A stretch of 40,762 bases of DNA from a virus, in IMG/VR virus record IMGVR_UViG_3300021225_000247, positions 1 to 40,762 of that record; one strand, written 5' to 3'. Of this stretch, positions 1 to 8,164 are shown piece by piece (position 1 is the first letter of the stretch; each line of letters opens with the position of its first letter). The position numbers were made by a program, and so were the translations under genes. The notes beneath the pieces were generated by a model. The model had not been told where the DNA came from. It saw nothing but the letters and a program-made list of their open reading frames with translations, and ran no database searches.

Positions 1-21
1 TGGCGCGGTTCATTGTCCGAC
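1..21. repeat. 21-bp terminal direct repeat, copy 1 (identical to 40742..40762); contig self-overlap indicating a circular or circularly permuted genome
   Basis: tggcgcggttcattgtccgac is present at both extreme ends. The frame of the flanking ORF is preserved across the junction. Confidence 0.9.
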
Positions 22-3000
22 ACGGCTTCCATTCAACCGATAAATAATCAAAACGCATGGGTAATTCTTGATACGATTAACCTTAAATTTTATTCCTTTG
101 ATTTTACCTCCAACCTTTGGAACTTGGTTGGCGGTACTTCAGGATTAACCATGCCCTTTGATTCCATTACCTTCAACACGGCAAAGAATGGTACGGTTGG
201 AGTTGGCGAAGTTGAATACAATGACACACAAGGCTCTTTGATACAAGGGTTAAAAGGCGGTAATGTTACCAATGTAATTGGGCAACAGTTGCACCAACGG
301 GTGAACAACAGAACAGGCGCAACTTTAGCAAAAGGAACAGCAGTTTATTTATCAGGAAGTCAGGGAAATCGAATAACCGTTGCGAAAGCCTTAGCGACAA
401 GTGACCCAACATCGGCTAATACTTTTGGAATTGTTGCAGAATCCATTGACAGCAATCAAAGCGGATTTATTATTACCGAAGGCTTAATAACAGGATTAAA
501 TACCTCAACATTAACAGAAGATAGCGCGGTGTATTTATCTCCAACCGTGGCAGGTGCATTAACTTCAACAAAGCCTCAAGCACCACAACACAGCGTATAT
601 ATTGGCGTATGTGTCAAAAGTAATAACGGTTCGGGAGAATTGTTTGTTAAGATAAGAAATGGGCAGGAATTGGATGAGCTTCACGACACTCGTATAACTA
701 ACCCAGTAACAGGTGCTACTTTATTTTATTCAGGTGGATTATGGCGCGACACAACGGCAGCCCTTTTAGTAAGCGACACGGCTTCGATGTTAGCCAACTA
801 CGCCACAAAAACCTACGCGGACACAACGGGAAGATTATACGCAAGACAGGATTTTACAAATGTTTTAACGTCAACTTTGACTTGGACGCAAAGTGACACT
901 TTGATTCCTGGGGGAGTTAACGTTGTTCAAGTATATCGCAACGGACAAATCTTATTGCCTTCACAATATACGATACCAACGTCAACAAGCGTAGTAATTG
1001 CGGCTTCATCATTTAAAGTCAATGATAACTACACGGTTATTTTTCCACGCGGTGGCGGTGCAGGAAGTGGAGGAGGATCGGGAAGTTTAACATCAATTTC
1101 AGGCGGCACGGGAATCATTGTTTCGCCAAATCCAATTACAACGACTGGCACGGTTTCGGCTGACCTCAGCGTTTTAATGGAGTTGACGGATACATCATTA
1201 TTGAACCTTACATCAAGATTCAACACAAAGCAAAATACATTAATATCTGGAACAAATATCAAGACGGTAAATTCAAATAGCTTATTAGGCTCAGGAAATA
1301 TAAGCGTTGGAACATTGGTTGCTGCTGATACAGTTTCGTTATCCAATAGAATAAATACAAAGTTAAATGCAACTGATACGACTTCATTATCTAACCGAAT
1401 TAATCTTAAATTAAATGCAGCCGACACGGCTTCCCTTTCCAATAGGATAGACGCAAAGGGCACTGGCACGGTGACAAATATTGCCACGGGTTACGGAATA
1501 ACAGGCGGCGCAATTACCACGACGGGAACATTGGTTCTTGATTCAGCCGTTGTATTTTCGAGAATAAGGGATTCAATAGTTGACGTTGCCATCGGGAATG
1601 ATACCATAAAGATTTTAAAACAAGAATATGCACCAGCCACAACAAGTGTTTTAACTTGGACGGTAACATCTAAATTTCCCATACAATCAAAGTCTTTTAT
1701 TTTGGTGTTTAGAAATGGGCAGCTACTTATAAATACTCAATACAATTTAACAGATACAAATAAAATTACCATTGTTTCCAACTCATTTAAGGTTGGCGCT
1801 AATTATACGGTGGTTACGGTGTCGGGGATTGGTTCAGTCGGTACGGGTGTTTTTCCAAATCCAGTTTACCCTGAGTCTGGAATTGCTTTATCCACGGGCA
1901 GCGCTTGGGCTTCATCTATTCCTAATAATTCAAGTAATTGGAATATCGCATTTAATGATAAAATAAACAATGCTGAATTTACGGGAACAAACACAAAGAC
2001 GTTAACTTTGACCCAATATGACGGCGGAACATTTACGCCAACGTTTACCGATTTGCAAGGGGTGACAGGCGTCACGGCAGGAACAGGGTTAACAGGTGGA
2101 ACAATTACATCCACGGGAACAGTGGCAGTTGATTTTACGACGGTTGCACCTTTGGCAAGTCCAACGTTTACGGGAACGGTTTCGGGGATAACGAAAAGCA
2201 TGGTAGGCTTAGGGAATGTAGATAATACTTCGGATGCTAATAAACCCGTATCTACAGCAACGCAAACGGCGTTGAATTTAAAGGTAAACATAAGCGATAC
2301 GGCTTCGATGCTTACACCTTACTTTCGAGATGCTGACACAACTCAATTAAACCTCACTTCCAGATTTAACACAAAGCAAAACACATTAAACGGCACGGGC
2401 TTTGTCAAAGCAAATGGCACAAGTATAACTTATGATAATTCAACTTATTTAACTACGGGAACAGCGGCATCAACTTATTTGCCATTGACAGGTGGAACAT
2501 TGACGGGGGATTTATTCACAAAGTATTTAAACACGTTTGCAAAAACAACTTATATTCCTTTTAATTCTGGAATAGGCGAACAAAGTATTTTTAATGTTGG
2601 CGCAACTTTAAGAGGTGGTACTGTAATGATTTTTCCTGATTCAAATTTAGTTGGAAGTTCAGCAAATATTTTTCTTGCAAATTCAAGTGTTCAAGGCGTT
2701 GAATATTCCGCAATGGGAAGTGGTATGAGAAATTATGCAAAACAAGGCGGTGACACAAGGAGAAATTCACTTGCTTTTTATACCTCGGGTATTGGTTCGC
2801 AAAATACAAATAGATTATTTATTGATTTTGATGGTAACGTGGGAATCAACGACGATACCCCTTCTTTTAAATTAGACGTCAACGGCACCCTCAACGCCAC
2901 AGGCGCAACAACCCTTGGCTCAACCTTGGCGGTGACGGGTAATATTACCGAAGCTGGAAACAATGTTTTAACCAACCTTGACACAGCATCATTATCAAGT

Positions 3001-3447
3001 AGAATTGACCTTAAATTAAATAAAACCGATACGACTACAATGCTTAATAAATATTGGCGGTCAGGTAATTTTTCTGGAACTTTACCAATAGCTAACGGTG
3101 GTACAGGTGCGGAAAATGCTTCGTTGGCTCGTAAATTACTTAGCGTTGATTATGCATTTGCAGAAGTAAGCGCTGGTTCATCAGTTACAATTACGAGTAA
3201 TAGAGTGTCTATTGTAAATACAGGAGGTTTTTCTACAACGCAATTAGATTTAACACCTGCTACAAATGGAAGAATGTACATGATTAAGAACCTTGCAACA
3301 GGCACGGTGACAAGTTTACATTCAAATGTTATTCCTTTTGGTGGCGGCTCACCAACAACTGCTATTTTATCGGCTGGTAATGTTACTCCTCAATGGGTTA
3401 CTTTGGTTGCAGACGGTACAAATTGGCACATGGTTCAAAAAAATTAA
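1..3447 (+). CDS. Tail fibre protein, C-terminal part of a wrap-around ORF whose N-terminus lies at 40499..40762 (about 1229 aa once the duplicated 21 bp is removed)
   Basis: The frame is open from base 1 and continuous with 40499..40762, so the TTG at 13 is an ORF-caller artefact. Repeated DT[AT]S[LM] and SLSNRI motifs, LNLTSRFNTKQNTL twice, and LPIANGGTGA, a motif common in phage fibre proteins. Lies at the end of the late operon next to a second fibre-like gene. Confidence 0.75.
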   Translation, partial: WRGSLSDTASIQPINNQNAWVILDTINLKFYSFDFTSNLWNLVGGTSGLTMPFDSITFNTAKNGTVGVGEVEYNDTQGSLIQGLKGGNVTNVIGQQLHQRVNNRTGATLAKGTAVYLSGSQGNRITVAKALATSDPTSANTFGIVAESIDSNQSGFIITEGLITGLNTSTLTEDSAVYLSPTVAGALTSTKPQAPQHSVYIGVCVKSNNGSGELFVKIRNGQELDELHDTRITNPVTGATLFYSGGLWRDTTAALLVSDTASMLANYATKTYADTTGRLYARQDFTNVLTSTLTWTQSDTLIPGGVNVVQVYRNGQILLPSQYTIPTSTSVVIAASSFKVNDNYTVIFPRGGGAGSGGGSGSLTSISGGTGIIVSPNPITTTGTVSADLSVLMELTDTSLLNLTSRFNTKQNTLISGTNIKTVNSNSLLGSGNISVGTLVAADTVSLSNRINTKLNATDTTSLSNRINLKLNAADTASLSNRIDAKGTGTVTNIATGYGITGGAITTTGTLVLDSAVVFSRIRDSIVDVAIGNDTIKILKQEYAPATTSVLTWTVTSKFPIQSKSFILVFRNGQLLINTQYNLTDTNKITIVSNSFKVGANYTVVTVSGIGSVGTGVFPNPVYPESGIALSTGSAWASSIPNNSSNWNIAFNDKINNAEFTGTNTKTLTLTQYDGGTFTPTFTDLQGVTGVTAGTGLTGGTITSTGTVAVDFTTVAPLASPTFTGTVSGITKSMVGLGNVDNTSDANKPVSTATQTALNLKVNISDTASMLTPYFRDADTTQLNLTSRFNTKQNTLNGTGFVKANGTSITYDNSTYLTTGTAASTYLPLTGGTLTGDLFTKYLNTFAKTTYIPFNSGIGEQSIFNVGATLRGGTVMIFPDSNLVGSSANIFLANSSVQGVEYSAMGSGMRNYAKQGGDTRRNSLAFYTSGIGSQNTNRLFIDFDGNVGINDDTPSFKLDVNGTLNATGATTLGSTLAVTGNITEAGNNVLTNLDTASLSSRIDLKLNKTDTTTMLNKYWRSGNFSGTLPIANGGTGAENASLARKLLSVDYAFAEVSAGSSVTITSNRVSIVNTGGFSTTQLDLTPATNGRMYMIKNLATGTVTSLHSNVIPFGGGSPTTAILSAGNVTPQWVTLVADGTNWHMVQKN
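1201..1243 (+). repeat. Intragenic dispersed repeat, copy 1 (LNLTSRFNTKQNTL coding segment); copy 2 at 2347..2389
   Basis: caacacaaagcaaaatacattaa versus taacacaaagcaaaacacattaa, with the same encoded 14-aa peptide. Confidence 0.8.
1327..1470 (+). repeat. Three tandem 48-nt (16-codon) repeats inside the fibre gene (DTxSLSNRIxxKLNAx); a diverged fourth copy starts at 2980
   Basis: Units start at 1327 (gat aca), 1375 (gat acg) and 1423 (gac acg). They encode DTVSLSNRINTKLNAT / DTTSLSNRINLKLNAA / DTASLSNRIDAKGTG. Confidence 0.85.
2347..2389 (+). repeat. Intragenic dispersed repeat, copy 2 (LNLTSRFNTKQNTL)
   Basis: Near-identical to 1201..1243 at nucleotide and peptide level. Confidence 0.8.
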
Positions 3448-3459
3448 AAAAACATAAAC

Positions 3460-4701
3460 ATGAAACAACTCCTTTTCCTCCTCCTTTTCCCTTGCCTTGC
3501 CTTGGCACAATACCAAGGCAATGCAAATCAAAAGATAACATTGGGCGAACAAACGACGGCAGATGGGCTTGTGTGGCGAGGATTAAGAGCCGATACCGCA
3601 AGTAAAATTGTTCCCTTTTCGGATACTTCGGCTTACATCATTCTTGATACGGTTGAAAAAACATTGTGGCTTTACAAGGCTGGGCAAGTACCAAAGTGGC
3701 AACAAGTCGGTGGGAGTGGTGGTGGCTCAACACTTGACACGGCAACAATGTTATTGCCTTATTATCGTGCTGGAAGAAATTCAATTATCCAAGCAGCCGA
3801 TGTTCCAACGCTAAACCAAAACACGACAGGCAGCGCAGCGACATTGACATTGGGGCGAACAATTCAAACAAATCTCGCTTCAACCTCAGCAGCTACTTTT
3901 AATGGCAGCGCAAATATAACGCCAGGCGTCACTGGCGTGTTACCTGTGGCAAATGGGGGCACGGGAGCAAGCACATTAGCAGCAGCTAATATAATTACAG
4001 GAAGTGGCACAATTACTTATATACCAAAATTTTCAGCAACAAATGCTTTGACTAATAGCGCAATATATGAAGGCACTGGTTTTATCCAATCTACAAAAAG
4101 ATTAGAGTTGGAAAACACTGCCTATGCTATTGTGGCTTATTCAACACCTGGTAACAGGCAAGTATCATTAGGTGTATACCTTGGTGAACCAGCTATACAA
4201 GCACATTTATTAGGCGGTACAAATCCAAGACAATTACAAATAAATCCCGAGGGAGGAGCTGTTGGTATTGGATTAAATAGCCCAACAGCAGCTTTGCATA
4301 TAAAGGCAGGCACGGCAACGGCTTCTACGGCACCATTAAAATTTACAAGTGGTACAAATCTTACAACGGCTGAGGCTGGAGCCATGGAATTTAACGGAAC
4401 AAACCTTTTCTTTTCCCCATCTACAACAAGACACACGGTAAACCACGGCTTAACAGGTTTGGCAACCTTAGATTTTCCTTCAACTACAACTTTGTTATCA
4501 GCTGATTTAACAATCTCGGTCACAGGCGCGGCAGACGGTGACGTTGTTTCGATTGGCGTTCCAAATGCTTCCGTAAATGCTAATACGTGTTATACGGCAT
4601 GGGTATCGGCTGCCAACACGGTAACGGTAAGATTTAATAATTATTCGAGTGGCACCGTTAACCCTGCCTCTGGAACATTCAAAGTATTTGTAACAAAATA
4701 A
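3460..4701 (+). CDS. Tail fibre-like protein 2 with a signal-peptide-like N-terminus
   Basis: The N-terminus MKQLLFLLLFPCLALAQ is followed by QTTADGLVWRG..DTAS, paralleling the N-terminus of the wrap-around fibre ORF. Also has LPVANGGTGA and APLKFTSGTNLTTAEAGAMEFNGTNLFF motifs seen in fibre proteins. Confidence 0.7.
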   Translation: MKQLLFLLLFPCLALAQYQGNANQKITLGEQTTADGLVWRGLRADTASKIVPFSDTSAYIILDTVEKTLWLYKAGQVPKWQQVGGSGGGSTLDTATMLLPYYRAGRNSIIQAADVPTLNQNTTGSAATLTLGRTIQTNLASTSAATFNGSANITPGVTGVLPVANGGTGASTLAAANIITGSGTITYIPKFSATNALTNSAIYEGTGFIQSTKRLELENTAYAIVAYSTPGNRQVSLGVYLGEPAIQAHLLGGTNPRQLQINPEGGAVGIGLNSPTAALHIKAGTATASTAPLKFTSGTNLTTAEAGAMEFNGTNLFFSPSTTRHTVNHGLTGLATLDFPSTTTLLSADLTISVTGAADGDVVSIGVPNASVNANTCYTAWVSAANTVTVRFNNYSSGTVNPASGTFKVFVTK

Positions 4702-4711
4702 ATTTATCATA

Positions 4712-5323
4712 ATGAAAAGAATTATTTATTTCATAGCCTTGTTTTACTCTACCTTTACAATGGCTCAAAATCAAGTGTTTGACACGGCTTATGTTTTGCC
4801 GTTAAACGGAAAATTTTACCTTGTAAATAGAATAGAATACGATGATGATTCCTATTATGAAAAAATGACAATGATTGGTGACACGGCACAATTTTACCTT
4901 TCAGCTTTGCAAAAATTTGAAAGCACAGCAAATAGCTTTGTTAACTTTGTCAATGGCTCATACTTTTATGGCAAAGAAACAACGGGAGCGATAAGGGAGA
5001 ATGCAGGCATTCAGGCAATTACGGGCAAAAGTCCAATAGACACATTGGGCGTGCGTACCTATGAATTTTTATCAGACGATAAGTTTAAATGGGTAATAAA
5101 TAACACTTCCATTGCATTTAATATCACAGCAAACAAGGTGCTTAGATACACAGTGGAAGGCACAGCAGCGCGGACAATGTATGGATTTGGAAAAAATGTT
5201 ATAAGACTTACAGCATACCCAACTACAGGTAGCTTTCTTGATTTGTATTGGGTTGAAGGGCGAAAATTATATGTTTCACAGGATGGAAAAATAATCCTCC
5301 GAAGAATATCTGTAACTCGATGA
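4712..5323 (+). CDS. Hypothetical protein with a signal-peptide-like N-terminus (MKRIIYFIALFYSTFTMAQ)
   Basis: ATG-initiated ORF. Its stop overlaps the holin start (ATGA at 5320..5323). No recognisable domain. Confidence 0.55.
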   Translation: MKRIIYFIALFYSTFTMAQNQVFDTAYVLPLNGKFYLVNRIEYDDDSYYEKMTMIGDTAQFYLSALQKFESTANSFVNFVNGSYFYGKETTGAIRENAGIQAITGKSPIDTLGVRTYEFLSDDKFKWVINNTSIAFNITANKVLRYTVEGTAARTMYGFGKNVIRLTAYPTTGSFLDLYWVEGRKLYVSQDGKIILRRISVTR

Positions 5324-5724
5324 AAACAACGTTAATCAACTTTTTGCACCTTGGATGGGAAAAGATAACATACGCGATTTGCTGTGGATATATTTTTTCT
5401 TTTTTCATACCAATAAAGGGATTTTTAATTTTTACAATTTTCGTGGTTTTCGCGGACATGGGAACCGGAATAATCGCAGCAAGGAAAGAAGGGCAGAAGA
5501 TAAATAGCAAAGGTTTATACCGGACAATGGAAAAGATTGTTGTTTATTTTTGTGGCATTCTTATATTTGAGGGAGCAAGAAATACTTTTAGCCTTCCATT
5601 CAACATAACGTATATGGCAGCGTTTTTAATTGCAACGGTGGAATTGTATTCTATTGCTGAAAATATCAAACGCATAACAGGCGTAAATCTTGGCGTTTTA
5701 ATCACACGTTTTTTTAATCGTTAA
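5320..5724 (+). CDS. Holin (Phage_holin_4_1-like family)
   Basis: Multiple hydrophobic segments. Motifs FADMGTGIIAARKEG..NSKG and VELYSIAENI match the D..TGiiaA.k...S and E..SI.EN signature of this holin family. Lies just upstream of the endolysin. Confidence 0.8.
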   Translation: MKTTLINFLHLGWEKITYAICCGYIFSFFIPIKGFLIFTIFVVFADMGTGIIAARKEGQKINSKGLYRTMEKIVVYFCGILIFEGARNTFSLPFNITYMAAFLIATVELYSIAENIKRITGVNLGVLITRFFNR

Positions 5725-5734
5725 AATAAATAAT

Positions 5735-6028
5735 ATGCAAACAAATTTAAAAGAAGCCTTAAAATCGGCTGATACAGTTAAGTCGCCACTTGGTGACGTG
5801 GCTTGTTACTCAATGAATTTTGCGGAGCTTGCTTCAGAGATCAACGTTCATCTTGAAGGCAATAAGGTAAAGTTTACTTGGAGGGAATATATCCAGCTTG
5901 CGCAAATCATTTGGGACAAGATAAAGGAAACATCGAAAGAATGTGCCGGAAAAGAGATAGAAATAAAATTACCTCCAAAATTATCATTGATTGGTGCAGC
6001 TTTCGCATTAATTGGTTTTAAATTATAG
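5735..6028 (+). CDS. Hypothetical protein with a C-terminal hydrophobic tail (LSLIGAAFALIGFKL), located between holin and endolysin
   Basis: ORF with ATG start. Its position in the lysis cassette suggests a lysis accessory role (inference only). Confidence 0.45.
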   Translation: MQTNLKEALKSADTVKSPLGDVACYSMNFAELASEINVHLEGNKVKFTWREYIQLAQIIWDKIKETSKECAGKEIEIKLPPKLSLIGAAFALIGFKL

Positions 6029-6099
6029 GCGCAGAAGAATCGCTACCTTAGTGCCGAGGGGAGTAGATTGATTTCTATTCCCCTTAAAAATATCAAAAT

Positions 6100-6762
6100 A
6101 TGAAAGCAAGTAAATTTTGTATCTTCATTGACGCAGGTCATGGAGGAATTGACGCAAAGAAAAAATTACCTTACAATTATACCACATATCCTTCAAAGTG
6201 CGCTCAGCATAACAACGCAAAGTTCCATGGCTACGGGTGGTTCTTTGAGGGCGTGTTCAACCGAGACGTTGCGGCAAAGATTGAGCAGTATTTAATTGAC
6301 TGGGGCTTTCCCGTGGTTCGCGTTTATGATCCTGTCTTGGATTTAACATTGGCAAAGCGCGTGGCGAAGGCAAATATTAACGCGAAAAATTACGAAGATT
6401 CTTTATACCTCAGCATCCACGGCAACGCGGCGGCTTCGCCCAATGCAAGGGGATTCGAGGTGTTCACGAGCAAGGGTAAAACAAGGTCAGACATTTACGC
6501 GGAATTTCTTTTTAACGAGGTGCAGGAGGCTTTTCCCAAATGGGTTTATCGCATGGATACCACGGACGGGGATAAGGATAAAGAAGAAAGTTTCTTTGTA
6601 ATCACCCAAACAAATATGCCAGCGGTACTCAGCGAAAATGGCTTCTTTACAAATTACCACGATGCTTTAATGATGTTTGACCCAGTGTTCCAAAATACTT
6701 TGGCTTTGTCTCATGCACGGGCGGTCGTGGATTATGCGAAAACGCAAGGGGTAATATTTTAA
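6100..6762 (+). CDS. N-acetylmuramoyl-L-alanine amidase (Amidase_3 type endolysin)
   Basis: IFIDAGHGGIDA, LSIHGNAA, GFEVF and MPAVLSENGFFTN match the zinc-ligand and core motifs of Amidase_3. Confidence 0.9.
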   Translation: MKASKFCIFIDAGHGGIDAKKKLPYNYTTYPSKCAQHNNAKFHGYGWFFEGVFNRDVAAKIEQYLIDWGFPVVRVYDPVLDLTLAKRVAKANINAKNYEDSLYLSIHGNAAASPNARGFEVFTSKGKTRSDIYAEFLFNEVQEAFPKWVYRMDTTDGDKDKEESFFVITQTNMPAVLSENGFFTNYHDALMMFDPVFQNTLALSHARAVVDYAKTQGVIF

Positions 6763-6793
6763 ATAAAAAAAGGGCTGGTTCAAATGCCAGCCC
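6761..6793 (-). terminator. Intrinsic terminator closing the leftward arm, sited at the convergence point of the two arms
   Basis: Stem gggctgg (6772..6778) / ccagccc (6787..6793) with an 8-nt loop. On the minus strand it is followed by a run of T residues (plus-strand aaataaaaaaa). There is no T-run on the plus side. Confidence 0.7.
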
Positions 6794-6826
6794 CGATATA
6801 CACATCAACATTCAACAAATTTGTAA

Positions 6827-7111
6827 TCAATCAATTATAAGTTTAATTAGCCTTGCGGCTGATTCTTTTAGAGTATCGGTTTCCTTTGCATGATAAAGTT
6901 GGTAACAAATGCTTATCATTCTTTCTTTATTCATTGACTGATAAGTAGGCATGGTTTCAGGAATCAAAGGGTTAAGGTAAAAATTTATTACCGATTGTTT
7001 GCTATTTACCGTATCGGCAAAGCGGACAGGCTTTGGGCGCGCGTTAAAACATCTTTGCGCTTCCTTCCATTGTTCGAACGTTAATCCGTCTGTTAATTCG
7101 TTATTTTTCAT
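6827..7111 (-). CDS. Hypothetical protein (94 aa)
   Basis: ORF in the co-oriented early gene string; overlaps the upstream gene by 11 nt. Confidence 0.5.
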   Translation of the reverse strand: MKNNELTDGLTFEQWKEAQRCFNARPKPVRFADTVNSKQSVINFYLNPLIPETMPTYQSMNKERMISICYQLYHAKETDTLKESAARLIKLIID

Positions 7112-7343
7112 TTGTCTTTGTTTTGTTTAGTTCCTCAATTAAGGCGTCTGCCATATACACGGCTTCCATTGTATTTTGCACTGAATAACTACTACCATAA
7201 TTAGCCAGCAACCCTTGCAATGCCATAGCTGCAAAGTACTCGCGTTTGGTCAAACCTTCTTTTGGTGCATCTATACCATATTCATTTGCAAAAGCAGCTT
7301 TTGCAAATGCTGGTGAATCACTATGTGTTTTATTATTTTCCAT
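7101..7343 (-). CDS. Hypothetical protein (80 aa)
   Basis: ORF in the co-oriented early gene string. Confidence 0.5.
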   Translation of the reverse strand: MENNKTHSDSPAFAKAAFANEYGIDAPKEGLTKREYFAAMALQGLLANYGSSYSVQNTMEAVYMADALIEELNKTKTNEK

Positions 7344-7355
7344 GTTTATTTTGGT

Positions 7356-7691
7356 TTATTTGTGTACAGCGTTATATGTTATTTCGCACATTATTGGTTG
7401 ACGGCTTCTATTATATCCAACGGTATAGCGGCTAAAACAACTGTCACAGGCAAAATACTTTGCCATACATTTACCGCCATTTTCCGTGTGCGAATACTGG
7501 GAATCAGAATTAACTTTACCATCGCAAACGGGGCATTTATCCTCAAGGTACTTTTCCCATATAAAATCATGCGTATATTCTCTTTTCTTAGGCATCGTTT
7601 TTTCCCTTGTAAAATCTCCACAATCTTCGCAATACTCTCCAATATTCATGTCGTTTGATTCAGAGTTACAATTTTTACATACATAAATCAT
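7356..7691 (-). CDS. Zinc-ribbon protein with four CxxC pairs
   Basis: CKNC, CEDC, CPVC and CDSC motifs. ATGA overlap with the upstream gene at 7688..7691. Confidence 0.6.
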   Translation of the reverse strand: MIYVCKNCNSESNDMNIGEYCEDCGDFTREKTMPKKREYTHDFIWEKYLEDKCPVCDGKVNSDSQYSHTENGGKCMAKYFACDSCFSRYTVGYNRSRQPIMCEITYNAVHK

Positions 7692-8164
7692 CTTTTAATA
7701 TAATTTTTTGCCATAAGCGCAAGGAAAAAAGCGTCGATTTCGTCTTGGCTTATTTTGGCTGGTTTAAAATCTGGTTCAAATTTCAGTCGCTCACTTGTGA
7801 CAACTTTCATAAATACGTCTTTATTAAACTTTTTACCCTTTGCCTCAGGAGAAATATTGTACGCCTCAATGTCATTATCCTTTATCCATTCGTAAGCAAT
7901 TCGCGAAGCGGCTTGGTTCATTCCAACGTTACGGGACATTTTGGAAAGGATCGCGCGGTTGATTGAATTATTAAAGGTCACATTCTGGAGGCTTGAATCT
8001 TCGACAAGAACAATGGGGTTTTCGTATGCTACCCAGGTTATAACGTCGCCGATAAAATCGACAAACCTTTTGTACCTTTTAAAAATCATGGTGCGGTCTG
8101 CGATAATACAAACCGCCATTCCTTTTATCCTTAACGCTGGATCAACCCCTATCAGTGTCCTCAT
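7688..8164 (-). CDS. RuvC-like Holliday junction resolvase (putative)
   Basis: LIGVDPAL..KGMAV (first Asp), VLVEDSS (Glu) and C-terminal EIDAFFLALMA (Asp) follow the order of RuvC-fold catalytic motifs. Confidence 0.55.
   Translation of the reverse strand: MRTLIGVDPALRIKGMAVCIIADRTMIFKRYKRFVDFIGDVITWVAYENPIVLVEDSSLQNVTFNNSINRAILSKMSRNVGMNQAASRIAYEWIKDNDIEAYNISPEAKGKKFNKDVFMKVVTSERLKFEPDFKPAKISQDEIDAFFLALMAKNYIKR

Noticed and set aside
13-15. The TTG at 13 is given as the start of the 1144-aa ORF in the ORF track.
   Set aside because: The frame is already open from base 1 and continues in frame from the ATG at 40499 across the 21-bp overlap. The TTG is an artefact of linearising a circular sequence.
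1029-1487. Long antisense ORFs inside big genes (for example 1029..1487 -, 1866..2291 -, 24435..24782 -, 29796..30179 -, 33374..33847 -, 34010..34489 -).
   Set aside because: These are shadow ORFs opposite strongly supported genes (fibre, terminase, 811-aa protein, tape measure). Their translations are low-complexity or repeat-derived, and they have no independent start context.
6029-6099. The agggga...tcccct hairpin between the 97-aa ORF and the amidase gene was considered as a terminator.
   Set aside because: The stem is short with a long loop and there is no T-run on either strand. It also sits inside an obviously co-transcribed lysis cassette.
6772-6793. ggttcaaat within gggctggttcaaatgccagccc looks like a tRNA T-arm/T-loop.
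   Set aside because: It is a single simple hairpin with a flanking T-run on the minus strand. There is no acceptor, D or anticodon arm around it. I found no tRNA-like cloverleaf anywhere in the window.
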